A DNA stretch of 64,000 nt. Origin: Nitrospirota bacterium. GTDB lineage: Bacteria > Nitrospirota > Thermodesulfovibrionia > Thermodesulfovibrionales > UBA9159. Position 1 is the first letter of the stretch. Every line of letters begins with the position of its first letter. The translations under genes were made by a program, and so were the position numbers. The notes beneath the pieces were generated by a model, which was not told the DNA's origin, searched no databases, and saw only the letters and a program-made list of their open reading frames with translations. The stretch covers positions 1-64,000 of the forward strand of contig CAVOUE010000011.1 in NCBI GenBank assembly GCA_963699545.1. The letters are read 5' to 3'. Shown one piece after another: positions 34,237 to 44,494 of this stretch.

Positions 34237-35258
34237 TACCTTCTTCTTGCTCGTCTGTGTAATACATTCTTGCAACAATCTTTGATTTCATAAACGGCTT
34301 CCACGATACCGCCAATGCTATTGCCACGTCCGTATCCACCGGGTACTGACTCCAAAGATGGCTGTGCTCTATGGCGAGCAATACTGAACATGGTGGGAGC
34401 CCTTTCTGGTACTGCGGTGGCCACGACGGTAGGGAAGGGCATTGTGGAAGCCTCATCGGTTACACAGATCACCGTTGTTTCAGCCCTTGCTTCCGCCATT
34501 GTCTGGGATATCATTACGTGGTATTTCGGGCTTCCCACCTCTTCAAGCCACGCAATCCTCTCGAGCATCGTTGGCGCTGCGATCGCCACTGCCGGGACAG
34601 GCGTCATTATTCAAAAAGGGGTCTACAAGGTGCTCATCGCTTTGATCGTTTCGCCTATTCTCGGGGTAATCCTGGGATTTCTCCTCATGCTTTTTCTCCT
34701 CTGGCTGTTCAGAAGGGCTGCGCCTTCCCTGGTGAGTAATTTATTTGGTCAGACTCCAGATCGTCTCTGCAGCCTACATGGCCTTCAGCCACGGCAACAA
34801 CGACGCCCAGAAAACCATGGGTATCATCACCATGGCCCTGGTGAGTTACTACAAACTTCCCGACTTCCATGTTCCGATGTGGGACAATCGTCCTCTGCGC
34901 CACAGCCATGGCCTTCGGCACAGCAGCAGGAGGATGGAGGATCATAAAGACCCTTGGGATGCGTCTCGTCGCCCTCAGGCCTATTAACGGATTCGCCGCC
35001 GAGACCTCCGCAGCCACCATCATAGAGATTGCGTCGAGGATTGGCCTTCCCCTTTCTACCACCCATATAATTTCCTCCACCATCATGGGAGTGGGCGCAT
35101 CAAAGAGGCTGTCTGCCGTACGGTGGGGGATAGGCGGAAATATTATCATGGCATGGATTCTCACCCTGCCTGCGTGCGCTGTCCTCGCATGGGTGATCTG
35201 TAAAGTGCTTATCCTGGTTATCCGGTCAAAGTCCGGGACCCTACCGTTACTGAGATGA
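34229..35258 (+). CDS. PiT-family inorganic phosphate transporter (several frameshifts)
   Basis: FDFINGFHDTANAIAT, GLPTSSSHA, HGNNDAQKTMG, GGWRIIKTLG, PLSTTH across three frames. Confidence 0.9.
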
Positions 35259-36162
35259 GTTTCTCGAAGGGGTAACTCTTCAGATAGGTAAGGAACTCAT
35301 CCACCGCATGGGATGCGATGGCGTTCTTATGAAAGATCAGGGAGAAGTCCCTGAAGAATTTTTCTTCCTTGAGGCTCAAGAGCTTAAGACTTCCGTACTT
35401 GTTCTCTTTCCTTGCCGCCCATCGTGATACGATAGAGATACCGATGCCGCTCTCCACGGCCTCTTTGATCGCCTCCGTGCTTCCCAGCATCATGGAGGCC
35501 TTCATGTCATGGGTGCTGATGCCGTGCTTGTTGAGATATTTCTCCAGGATCTGGCGGGTACCTGAACCCTCTTCCCTCAGGACGAACGGTTCCTTTGTCA
35601 CGTCATAAATCGAGATATCCTTTTTCTTGGCCCAGGGGTGGAGCGCCGGAACGATTACCACAAGCTCATCCGAGATGAGTTTTTCCACTATGAGTTTCTG
35701 ACGCGCCACATCCCCTTCCACAAGACCGATATCGATATTCCCGGAATTCAGGAACTCCACAATCCTTTTCGTATTCCCCACAGACAGATGGATCTTTATC
35801 TTGGGATGGGTTCTCCGGAAGTCCGCAATAACCGTGGGCAAGAGATGATTGCCTATGGTGGTGCTGGCGCCCACACTGATACTTCCCTTCACAAGACCCG
35901 TCAGCTCTCCGATATTCTTCTCCGCTGCCGAATAGAGGGCGAGTATCTCTTTTGCATATTTGTAGAGGATTTCACCTGCGGGCGTAAGGGATACTGTGCT
36001 TGACGACCTGTCGAAGAGTTTTGTCTCGTACAACTCCTCAAGGGCCTGTATCTGCAAACTGACCGCTGGCTGAGTGAGATGTATGATCTCCGATGCTTTT
36101 GAGAAGCTCTTTGTGTCCGCGACCGTGCAGAAGACTTTAAGTTTGTGATCTTCCATAACCAT
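35218..36162 (-). CDS. LysR-family regulator (CysL-like)
   Basis: SFSKAS..IHLTQPAVSLQI HTH, GASTTIG, REEGSGTR, LGSTEAIK. Confidence 0.93.
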   Translation of the reverse strand: MVMEDHKLKVFCTVADTKSFSKASEIIHLTQPAVSLQIQALEELYETKLFDRSSSTVSLTPAGEILYKYAKEILALYSAAEKNIGELTGLVKGSISVGASTTIGNHLLPTVIADFRRTHPKIKIHLSVGNTKRIVEFLNSGNIDIGLVEGDVARQKLIVEKLISDELVVIVPALHPWAKKKDISIYDVTKEPFVLREEGSGTRQILEKYLNKHGISTHDMKASMMLGSTEAIKEAVESGIGISIVSRWAARKENKYGSLKLLSLKEEKFFRDFSLIFHKNAIASHAVDEFLTYLKSYPFEKLISVTVGSRTLTG

Positions 36163-36199
36163 TAAATTTTCTTATTTTAGTAATTATAATTCTAATAAG

Positions 36200-36991
36200 T
36201 CAAGCCTCCGAAGGGTCTTCTACAGGATGGAGGGGATTTTTCGCCCTTACTGATGGGCGTGCGGAAGTCTTGCACCCCTCAATCGTTTCCGCTCTCCAGT
36301 AGAGAATCCTGCTACATTGAGGGCACTGAATAATCTTTTCGTTCTTCTTTATCTCCACAAAGAGCTGAGGAGGGATATTCATGTTGCACCCCCTGACATA
36401 TCTCCCCCTGGTTTCCACCACAGCGAGACCCCTCTTTGCTTCAAAGAGCTTTCTGTACATACGGTAAGCTTCATTGTCCAGGGCCTTCACATATCCTTCT
36501 CTCCGAAGCCTGAGATCATCAATCTCCCCCTCTATGACCGCAACGTCTTCCTGGAGTTTCCTCCTGAAGGCATTGATCTTCTCCTCTTCAGCCTTTACCG
36601 TCACCTCAAGGGCTTTCGCTTCTCTTTGTGTGGTATCGAGCGCCTCCATCACCGCGAGAACCTCATCCTCCACGGTACGCTGGTCCTTTTCCGCCGACTC
36701 AATCTCTTTCAGATGCGCCTGGTATTCCTTGTTGGTCTTTATATCCGATATGCGCGCCTTGAGCTTCTTTAATTTTTCATTGACATCTTCAAGGTGCTGT
36801 TCCCTGTCCTTCTTCTTCTTCACGAGGCCGTCAAGCCTCTGCTTCGCCCTGTCATACGCTCCCAGGGCATCTTTCAACGGCTGCTCAACAGAGGCGACCT
36901 TACCCGGAATGGTTTCGATAATGTCGGATTTCTCGATGATGATCGTATCTATTCCTTGCAGTTCCATGAGAAGCTTAAGGTCTTCTATCAC
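36200..36991 (-). CDS. Coiled-coil C4 zinc-ribbon protein (DUF164/CT398-like)
   Basis: LQ.ID, KTNKEYQA..KEI, GCNMNIPPQ, CPQCSRILY; first Cys hidden by compensating indels near 36400. Confidence 0.9.
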   Translation of the reverse strand: MIEDLKLLMELQGIDTIIIEKSDIIETIPGKVASVEQPLKDALGAYDRAKQRLDGLVKKKKDREQHLEDVNEKLKKLKARISDIKTNKEYQAHLKEIESAEKDQRTVEDEVLAVMEALDTTQREAKALEVTVKAEEEKINAFRRKLQEDVAVIEGEIDDLRLRREGYVKALDNEAYRMYRKLFEAKRGLAVVETRGRYVRGCNMNIPPQLFVEIKKNEKIIQCPQCSRILYWRAETIEGCKTSARPSVRAKNPLHPVEDPSEA

Positions 36992-37004
36992 ATACCCTCC
37001 CGAC

Positions 37005-37055
37005 AAAAAAGGAAATGAGAAATGAAAACGTGGGACTCATTCTATCCTCATTTCC
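37005..37055 (-). terminator. Possible terminator/attenuator hairpin downstream of the tRNA
   Basis: GGAAATGAG...CTCATTTCC imperfect stem followed by T6 on the minus strand. Confidence 0.4.
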
Positions 37056-37082
37056 CTGCCCTCAGTGCACAGTTGTCACAAG

Positions 37083-37155
37083 TGGGCCCACCAGGACTCG
37101 AACCTGGGACCAACCGGTTATGAGCCGGTAGCTCTACCAGCTGAGCTATGGGCCC
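37083..37155 (-). tRNA. tRNA with CAT anticodon, probably tRNA-Ile2 (lysidine); CCA not encoded
   Basis: GGGCCCATAGCTCAGCTGGTAGAGC-TACCGGCT-CAT-AACCGG-TTGGTCCCAGGTTCGAGTCCTGGTGGGCCCA folds as a cloverleaf; lacks initiator features. Confidence 0.93.
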
Positions 37156-37282
37156 GAAATAAGTCACACGTGACGAGTAGCGAGCAAAAAAAATGTGAAA
37201 CTAAACTTTCTCTCCTGTGCTTGCAGCCCGTTAGCACTGTCGACTTTGAACTCGTTACTATAAACTCGTTCCCGTCTTTTGG

Positions 37283-38892
37283 TCAAGGACTTTCAATGAA
37301 CGTGCGTAACCACTTGCTCCGGGCGGGGTGTTTCAGCTTCCTGATCGCCTTCACCTCTATCTGTCTGATCCTCTCCCGGGTGACATCAAATTCCTGGCCA
37401 AGCTCTTCAAGGGTGTGGGGAAAATCTTCACCGATACCGAACCTCCTCTTGATGATCTTCGCCTCCTTGGGATTGAGGGTGCCGAGGACCTTCTCGATCT
37501 GCATCTTGAGGTCGTCGTTGATGGCGATATCAAGGGGGGACAGGGTGGCCTTGTCTTCGATGAAGTCCCGGAGATGACTGTCCTCCTCCTCCCCCATCGG
37601 GGTCTCGAGGGATATCGGCTCCTTGGTGATCTTCAGGATAGCCTTCACCTTATCAACGGGCATATTCACCCGGTCAGCAATCTCCTCTGGCGAGGGTTCA
37701 TTCCCAGTTCCTGGACAAGTTCTCTTGTGGCCTTTGAGATGCGGCTGATCGATCTCCACCATGTGCACCGGGATCCGGATGGTCCGTGACTGATCGGCAA
37801 GGGCCCTGGTAATGGACTGCCTGATCCACCACGTGGCATAGGTGCTGAACTTGTATCCTCTCCGGTACTCGAACTTGTCCACAGCCCTCATCAGCCCGAT
37901 GTTCCCCTCCTGGATGAGGTCAGGGAAACTGAGCCCCTTCCCGATATACCGCTTCGCGATGCTGATCACAAGCCTGAGATTGGCCTCGATCATCCCGCTT
38001 TTTGCAGCAGATATCTCCGCCCTGCCCCCAGTAAAAACCTTCAGGTGTTTCTTCATTTCCGCGTAGGTGCCGATGGAGCGTTCATAGTCCTTTATCCTGT
38101 TGAGGGAATCACGGTCCTTCTTCCTCTTGATCTCTTCCACCTTTTGTATCGCTCTTCCCAATTGCTCAGAAAAGGCATACATCACGTCATCTCTCATCCT
38201 GAGGTCCCTGACCTTCTCCAGGATCTTCTCTCTGTAATGTTCAACCAATCTCATGTATCGCGCCTCCCCGAATTCCCCGGCGACGCTTTTCCCCGATTTC
38301 CCTGTGGCCTGATGTTTGCCTGCCCTCCCCTCTTTCTCCTTCCTTGCCCTTGTTCCGGCTCCCTTCGTCCGAACTCTCCTGCCGGGGCGAGTTCTTTCTG
38401 CTATCGCTGCTGACAATTTGTTCTTACTCCTGATCCACTTCTCGTAAAGCCCATGTATCTCACCGGCAATAGCACATATCCTCTCCCCTTCATCCCTGAG
38501 GGATTCGTCGGAGTCCCCGTCCTCCTGTACGATCTCCGCAATGGGGGCCTCTCCTGTCTTCACCAGGTCACCGAGGTCTATGAGCTTCTTTACCGCAAAG
38601 GGAAGGGAGAAAATCACCGGGTCATTTTCTCCCTTCCCTTTTCTATTCTTTTTGCAAGCTCTATTTCTCCTTCCTTTGTCAGGAGAGGAATAGTGCCCAT
38701 TTCCTTGAGATACATTCTCACCGGTTCATATTCCCCCTCAACAAGGGAAACCTTCTGCTCCTCTTTCACCACCTCTTCATAGACGTCATCCCCATCCAGG
38801 AACATCTTCTCATCTTCCGGCGGCTCTTCCCTCAAGAATTCCAGATCGTCCTTGTCGCTCCGCCCTTCAAAATAATCAAACCCTTCCCTCAC
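37283..38892 (-). CDS. rpoD: Primary sigma factor RpoD (frameshift ~38615; compensating shifts ~37700-37750)
   Basis: [52 protein letters not shown]; downstream of dnaG. Confidence 0.92.
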
Positions 38893-40601
38893 CGCGCCTC
38901 CTTTATCAACCTCTGTCTCTCCTTTAACAGTGAATAGAGCAGGTCATGATCTCCCTTCTTTTCAGCCTGTCTGATCCTCTCGTGGATCTCTTTGCGCTGT
39001 TCAGCAGATTTCCTCGCCGCCATACTTCGCACACAGTCTTCTATATTCCTTTCTACCGCTTCATGATCGAATCCCGGATGAAAGGTCAGCTTTGTCACCA
39101 GCGCCTTCTCTTCGTCACCGAGAGATGACAGTATGGATTCAAAGCTTTCCTTGTTCCTTCCCGCGCCGAGTTTTTCCAATATACGCCTGACCGTCGGATT
39201 ACCGAATTCCTCCATCGGCACCTCCCGTAAAAGAGGGGCCAGTTTCTCAGGAAATGAGATGACTGCGCTCAACAGGAGAAGTTCCTCATCGTAACAAAAC
39301 CCTCGGGAAGAAGGATCGGGAGAAGAGGGAATCTGCGCCCTTCCCCTCAGCTTCTTCCCTTTGCCCTCCATCTCTTCCCTTAATACCGTTTCCCTCAGAC
39401 CGGTCTTTTCCGACAATTCCCTGACCAACGCTTCCTTCATGATCGCATCTCCGGCAGCCGAGATTATCTGGAGGGCTTCATGTACCATCTCGGTTCTGTC
39501 TCCCCTTTGAAACACTCATCAAGAAATCTACGGGAGACACTGCTTCGGAGACCATGTCGGCAAATACTCTCGCTCCCTTCTTCCTGAGAAAACTGTCCGG
39601 ATCATCATCCGGGGGCAGCAGGAGTATCTCCGACGTAAATCCTTGTTCAAGCAGAATGGGAAGGGATCTCTTGGCCGCAGCCTTTCCCGCCTCATCCCCG
39701 TCAAAGACCAGGACCGCCTTCTTGGTGAACCTCTTCAGCCGCTGAAGATGTCCGGGCGTCAGCGCCGTACCGAGAGGAGCTGTGGCATTCGTGAACCCAT
39801 ATTGATGGCAGACAATAACATCAAAATATCCCTCCACGATAACAGCATATCCTTTCTTCCTGACCCCGTCTTTTGCATGGGCAAGACCATAAAGAGTTTC
39901 TCCCTTCTTGAAGAGGGGGCTATCCGGTGAATTCAGATACTTGGGCTGGGATTCATCCATCACCCTTCCTCCGAATGCGATAATACCGCCCTGCAGGTCA
40001 ACGATGGGGAACATTATCCTGTCCCTGAAGGTATCGTATATCCCTTTCTCGCCGGAGGAAACAATACCTGACTGGAGAATGACGGACCGGGAAAACCCCT
40101 TCTCCTTCAGATAGTTCGAAAGATGGTGCCAGTCCTTTAATGCGTACCCAAGGGAAAATGAATGAATCGTGTCTTCCGTCAATCCTCTTTTCTTGAGATA
40201 GGAAGATGCGGTCTCTGACTTCTTGAGGTTGTCCGTAAACACCTTTGCAGCCACAGTGTGCAGCTCCAGCAGCTTCTCTCTTGGCCCGTCATCTCCGGAC
40301 TGAAGTCGGTACTCTTTCAGGTCGATACCGGCCTTCTTGGCAAGAAGCCGCAGGGATTCCGGGAACGACAGGTTCTCGTACTTCATCACAAAATTAATAA
40401 CGTTGCCGCCCGATACCGCAGCCGAAGCAATGGAAAATCTGCTTGTCCTGGTTTACCATAAAAGAAGGCGTTTTCTCTGAATGGAAAGGGCAAAGGCCCT
40501 TGTAGTTCTGGCCTGCTCGTTTCAGTTCGACATAGTCGGATATCACATCCACTATATCGAGCCTGTGCCTTTAACTCTTCAAGAAGCCTTTCATCCTTCA
40601 T
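38889..40601 (-). CDS. dnaG: DNA primase (several frameshifts)
   Basis: [13 protein letters not shown] and FHCFGCG in shifted frames; [32 protein letters not shown]. Confidence 0.95.
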
Positions 40602-41602
40602 AAAAAGAAAACTCTCAGGGAGTATGTTCTAACTACGCATGTTCTGCTGATGCGTCTGAACCCGGAACACTCATGGACGGTAAGGGGTGATCCGGCCGAC
40701 TTGCCGACCTCATCCAGGAGGAGGTTCATCCCAAGGTTGTCACTGGAGATATGTCCCGCGATCACGACGTTGAGATGGTTCTTTTCGGCTTCCTTGCGAT
40801 GCTCTTCGCTCAGGTGCATCGCCACAATGGTGTTCACCCCGCCGGACGCCATGCTCTGAAGATATCTCTTTCGAACCCTCCGTACCGCCCGTCATATCCA
40901 CGAATATCTTGCCCGCCGTCCTTGTACCGGAACCGAGAAGGACCTTCGGTCCTGTGCCGATACGGGAGGCTTCCCTGTATTCCGGGAATCGACCTCAGGA
41001 TATTCATCACGTCAGCCACGGTGTAGGGGCCTTTCTTATCAAAGGTCTCCTGGAGGTAGGTAGCGACCATATTGTCGGAGGGAGTATGGAGACAGATGAA
41101 AGGCATGCCGAGGAGTTTCGCGGCATCCACCGCCCTCGTATGGTTAACCGGCATGAGCTTTCTCTCCACTTCCCTTATCCTGCCGTCCATGAGGTCTTCG
41201 GCAACGCTGATGGGTACCCCGAACCTGTGAAGGATATCTGACTGTATCCTCATAACGTCGTACAGGTTTGCGTATGCCCTTCCCCCGGGATGATGAGAGA
41301 GAAGCAGGTCGATCTTCAGTCCCCTTTCCCTGAGCTTCTCGCAGAGGAGGACCTCGCCCACCTCAATATCGATGCCCACAAGGATGCTTCCTGATTTCCT
41401 CTTCACCGGTCCCGTGCAGGACCCTTGAGTCGGAGTAAGGGTTCTTCAGGGACTCCCGGTCAAAGAATTCCCTATCGTCCTCCTTGAGAGCGCTGAACTC
41501 CTTTTCCCTCGCCTCAAGGTCCCTGACAACAATCTCTTTTCCCCGTGGATCGTTTTCTGTGCCGATTGCGATGGCTGTGTCGAACAAATCTCTCAGCTTC
41601 AT
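40598..41602 (-). CDS. Nif3-like dinuclear metal-centre protein (several frameshifts)
   Basis: NPYSDSR, LVGIDI, SHHP, LHTPSDN, VAMH, IAGHISSDNLG. Confidence 0.8.
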
Positions 41603-42066
41603 TATGACTGGGGGGTGCCCCCGGACTCCAGCAACTCCTTCACACGCTGATTGACATATTTCCCGTCCGCCACACCCTTTACCCTGGGCATCAGAATACG
41701 CATCACCTTCCCCATGTCCTGAGGAGTGCTTGCAGACGCCTCTTGTATCGCACCGGAAATGATCCTGTCAATCTCCTCATGGCTGAGCTGCTGAGGCATA
41801 TAGGATTGAAGAATAGCGACTTCCCGCTCTTCGTTCCGGGCCAGGTCCATCCTGCCGGCCTTTGTGAATTGCTCTACGGATTCCCGCCCCTGTTTCACCA
41901 TGGAGGAGAGGACTGCAACGATTTCATCGTCCGTCAGTTCCCTGCCTTTTTCGATCTGCTTGTTCTTGACCGCGGCTTTCGCCATTCTCAAGATGGAGAC
42001 CTTCGCGCTTTCCGCCGCCTTTAACGCTTCTTTGAGATCGTTGTCGAATCTCGTGAGCAGGGACAT
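41602..42066 (-). CDS. GatB/YqeY domain protein
   Basis: DLKEALKA, ESVEQF..AGR.DL, DMGKVM, ADGK.V; follows rpsU. Confidence 0.95.
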   Translation of the reverse strand: MSLLTRFDNDLKEALKAAESAKVSILRMAKAAVKNKQIEKGRELTDDEIVAVLSSMVKQGRESVEQFTKAGRMDLARNEEREVAILQSYMPQQLSHEEIDRIISGAIQEASASTPQDMGKVMRILMPRVKGVADGKYVNQRVKELLESGGTPQS

Positions 42067-42067
42067 C

Positions 42068-42265
42068 CTATCTCGCAATCGTTCGAACTTTTTTGAGAGC
42101 TTTCTTACGAGCAGCGATCGCTTTCTTTTTCTTCTTCACGCTCGGCTTTTCGTAATGCTCCCTCTTCTTTATCTCTGAGAGAATTCCTTCCCTTTCACAC
42201 TGCTTCTTGAACTTCCTGAGCGCATTTTCGAAAGAATCACTCTCCCGTACCCTGATAGAGGGCAT
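42068..42265 (-). CDS. rpsU: 30S ribosomal protein S21
   Basis: [24 protein letters not shown]. Confidence 0.98.
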   Translation of the reverse strand: MPSIRVRESDSFENALRKFKKQCEREGILSEIKKREHYEKPSVKKKKKAIAARKKALKKVRTIAR

Positions 42266-42332
42266 TCATATACCCCCTCCTCTCTATTTTTGATTTTATC
42301 TTCTCTCTGCCTGCATACGCAGGAGGTAAAAT

Positions 42333-42362
42333 ACTTTAGCAATTACCAATGTGGCATGTCAA
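42333..42362 (-). promoter_or_regulatory. Putative sigma70 promoter of the rpsU-dnaG-rpoD operon
   Basis: Minus strand TTGACA-18 nt-TAAAGT. Confidence 0.55.
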
Positions 42363-42472
42363 GGACAAATCCCGCCGGAAAATAAGGCATTTTTGGGCTG
42401 CCCCAGATCTGTGACTTCACAGGTCTTCCTTCGGATTTTCTCTCCTCGCAGCTGCCAGAAAGCTGGGGAACT

Positions 42473-42667
42473 CTACTCCTCTTCAACGGTAATCGCCTCC
42501 ACCGGGCAGTTCTCTTCAGCGGCCTCGCAGCAGCCCACATATTCGCACGCGTCCGCGTCGATCACCTCTGCCTTGCCGATCACTTCATTGAGGTGAAATA
42601 CAGCAGGGCATATCTCCTCACAGGTGCCACAGCCGATACACTTGTCCACATCCACGATGACCTTCAT
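42473..42667 (-). CDS. Small single-cluster ferredoxin
   Basis: CIGCGTC..ICP..F and C-terminal NCPVEAI; 64 aa, acidic. Confidence 0.93.
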   Translation of the reverse strand: MKVIVDVDKCIGCGTCEEICPAVFHLNEVIGKAEVIDADACEYVGCCEAAEENCPVEAITVEEE

Positions 42668-43608
42668 CCTGCCTCCTCAATAACCGCTGCCGCAAGGAGA
42701 GGGAACATTATCTCGTGATGCCCTGTGAGGGCATATGACCTGCCGCCCATCATTGTGGGTCTGCAAAGCACGTTCTCTCTGGGCCGGTAATGCTGGATGA
42801 AGTCCATGTTCACCGTAGTAATATCTTCCACCTTATTGCCCAGATTCCTGGCTACGGTCAGCGCCTTGAGGAAGACCTCGGGCATAATGACCGCGGAACC
42901 AAGATTGATATAGACGCCTCCCTCAAGATCTGCTATGACCGCTGCCAGCAGCCTGAAATCCCTGAGGCTCCCCCGGCCGATCATCGCCCCATCTGCCTGG
43001 GGATGCATATGGGTTATGTCCGTACCTAATGCGACATGGGTGGTCACAGGGACCCCCAGCCTGAAACCTTCCGAGAATATGCTCCTGTCCTTGAACCGGT
43101 TCTTGCCCCTGAATATGTATTCGCCCAAAGACCTTCCCATACCGTGTCCCTTTCTCACCCCGGCATTGACTGCCTTGTTAACTTCCTCTCCCGTCTCCCT
43201 CGCCATGCCGAACTTGCCGGTGCAGAGCTCGGAGGCAACATCTTCTGAAGTCCTGCCGTAAAGGGAAAGCTCAAAGTCGTGGACCATGCAGGCCCCGTTG
43301 GTCGCAACGGCAGATATCATTCCCCTTTTCATCAGGTCTATGATCACGGGGGATATCCCCACCTTAATGGGGTGGGCACCCATGCCAAGGACAACAGGTC
43401 TCTGGCGTTTCCGCGCTTCAACGATGGACCGCACGATCGCCTTCAGGTCTGAGGCGGCGAGAAGGGAGGGGAGACCCTGCACAAACGTTCTGAATGAAGC
43501 ACCGTGCTTGTGGGGCGTTGCAGCGAGCTCAATTTCCACCTTGCTTTTTCGTAAAGACAAGGGATAGGTCTTTATTTTCCTGAGAGAGACCGGTTTATAT
43601 CTTTTCAT
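42664..43608 (-). CDS. Conserved hypothetical protein, deoxyhypusine-synthase-like fold (inferred)
   Basis: LGMGAHPIKVG, ATNGA..HDFE, GTDITH, NLGSAVIMPEVFLKA, GHHEIM. Confidence 0.65.
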   Translation of the reverse strand: MKRYKPVSLRKIKTYPLSLRKSKVEIELAATPHKHGASFRTFVQGLPSLLAASDLKAIVRSIVEARKRQRPVVLGMGAHPIKVGISPVIIDLMKRGMISAVATNGACMVHDFELSLYGRTSEDVASELCTGKFGMARETGEEVNKAVNAGVRKGHGMGRSLGEYIFRGKNRFKDRSIFSEGFRLGVPVTTHVALGTDITHMHPQADGAMIGRGSLRDFRLLAAVIADLEGGVYINLGSAVIMPEVFLKALTVARNLGNKVEDITTVNMDFIQHYRPRENVLCRPTMMGGRSYALTGHHEIMFPLLAAAVIEEAG

Positions 43609-43620
43609 GATGAAGATCTC

Positions 43621-44310
43621 CTAGCGGAATAAATTATATTTGATAATACAAAAAATTGCACGGAGCCCATCTCTCCACCCTATTTTCTTCCCTTCCGCAT
43701 ATGTTCTCCCATAATAGGAGATACCTACCTCAAACACCCTGCACCCTGTTTTAGCGATTTTTGCGGTAATTTCAGGTTCAAACCCAAATCTGTTTTCTTC
43801 TATCGTGATCGACTGGATAATATCTCTCCTGAATACCTTGTAGCAGGTTTCCATATCGGTCAAATTGAGGTTTGTGAGCATATTTGACAAGAGAGTCAAT
43901 GCCATATTCCCCACTCTGTGCCAGAAATACAGGACCCTGTGCGGTTCATTTCCCACGAACCGGGAACCGTACACCACATCCGCCTTTCCCTCCAGTATCG
44001 GGGCCACAAGTCTGGGATATTCAATGGGGTCGTATTCAAGGTCAGCATCCTGAATAATGACCATATCACCTGTTGCCTCTTTAATGCCCGTTCTCAGTGC
44101 CGCCCCTTTTCCCTGATTCGCATCATGATACACCACCTTATCCACGCTCGGTCCCACTTGACCCCTTAATTTTTCCCTTGTCCCGTCAGTGGAATAGTCA
44201 TCAACAATGATAACCTCCTTGTCTTTGTAAGGAGATCGCCTCACCGCCTCTACTATCTTATCGATTGTGTGCACTTCGTTATAGCATGGTATGATCACGG
44301 AAAGCTTCAT
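43621..44310 (-). CDS. GT2 glycosyltransferase (Dpm1/GtrB-like)
   Basis: [44 protein letters not shown]. Confidence 0.95.
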   Translation of the reverse strand: MKLSVIIPCYNEVHTIDKIVEAVRRSPYKDKEVIIVDDYSTDGTREKLRGQVGPSVDKVVYHDANQGKGAALRTGIKEATGDMVIIQDADLEYDPIEYPRLVAPILEGKADVVYGSRFVGNEPHRVLYFWHRVGNMALTLLSNMLTNLNLTDMETCYKVFRRDIIQSITIEENRFGFEPEITAKIAKTGCRVFEVGISYYGRTYAEGKKIGWRDGLRAIFCIIKYNLFR

Positions 44311-44494
44311 ATGGTTCCTCAACACCCCTCTTTCTCTTGCGGTGATTCGTTAATGGATTATTATACCTTACGCCAGGCCCTTCACGGTCATTCATCTTAC
44401 GGATTGACAGCGAGGGGGCCGCTGCTTAAGATAAGGGGGTACGTGCATCCCTTTTCCTCCTGAGGAAGGGGATTGCCTCTTCTTCATCGGATGA

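Noticed and set aside
36163-36300. RNase P RNA, often found after the zinc-ribbon gene
   Set aside because: The GAGGAAAGTCC signature is absent and there is no room before the LysR gene.
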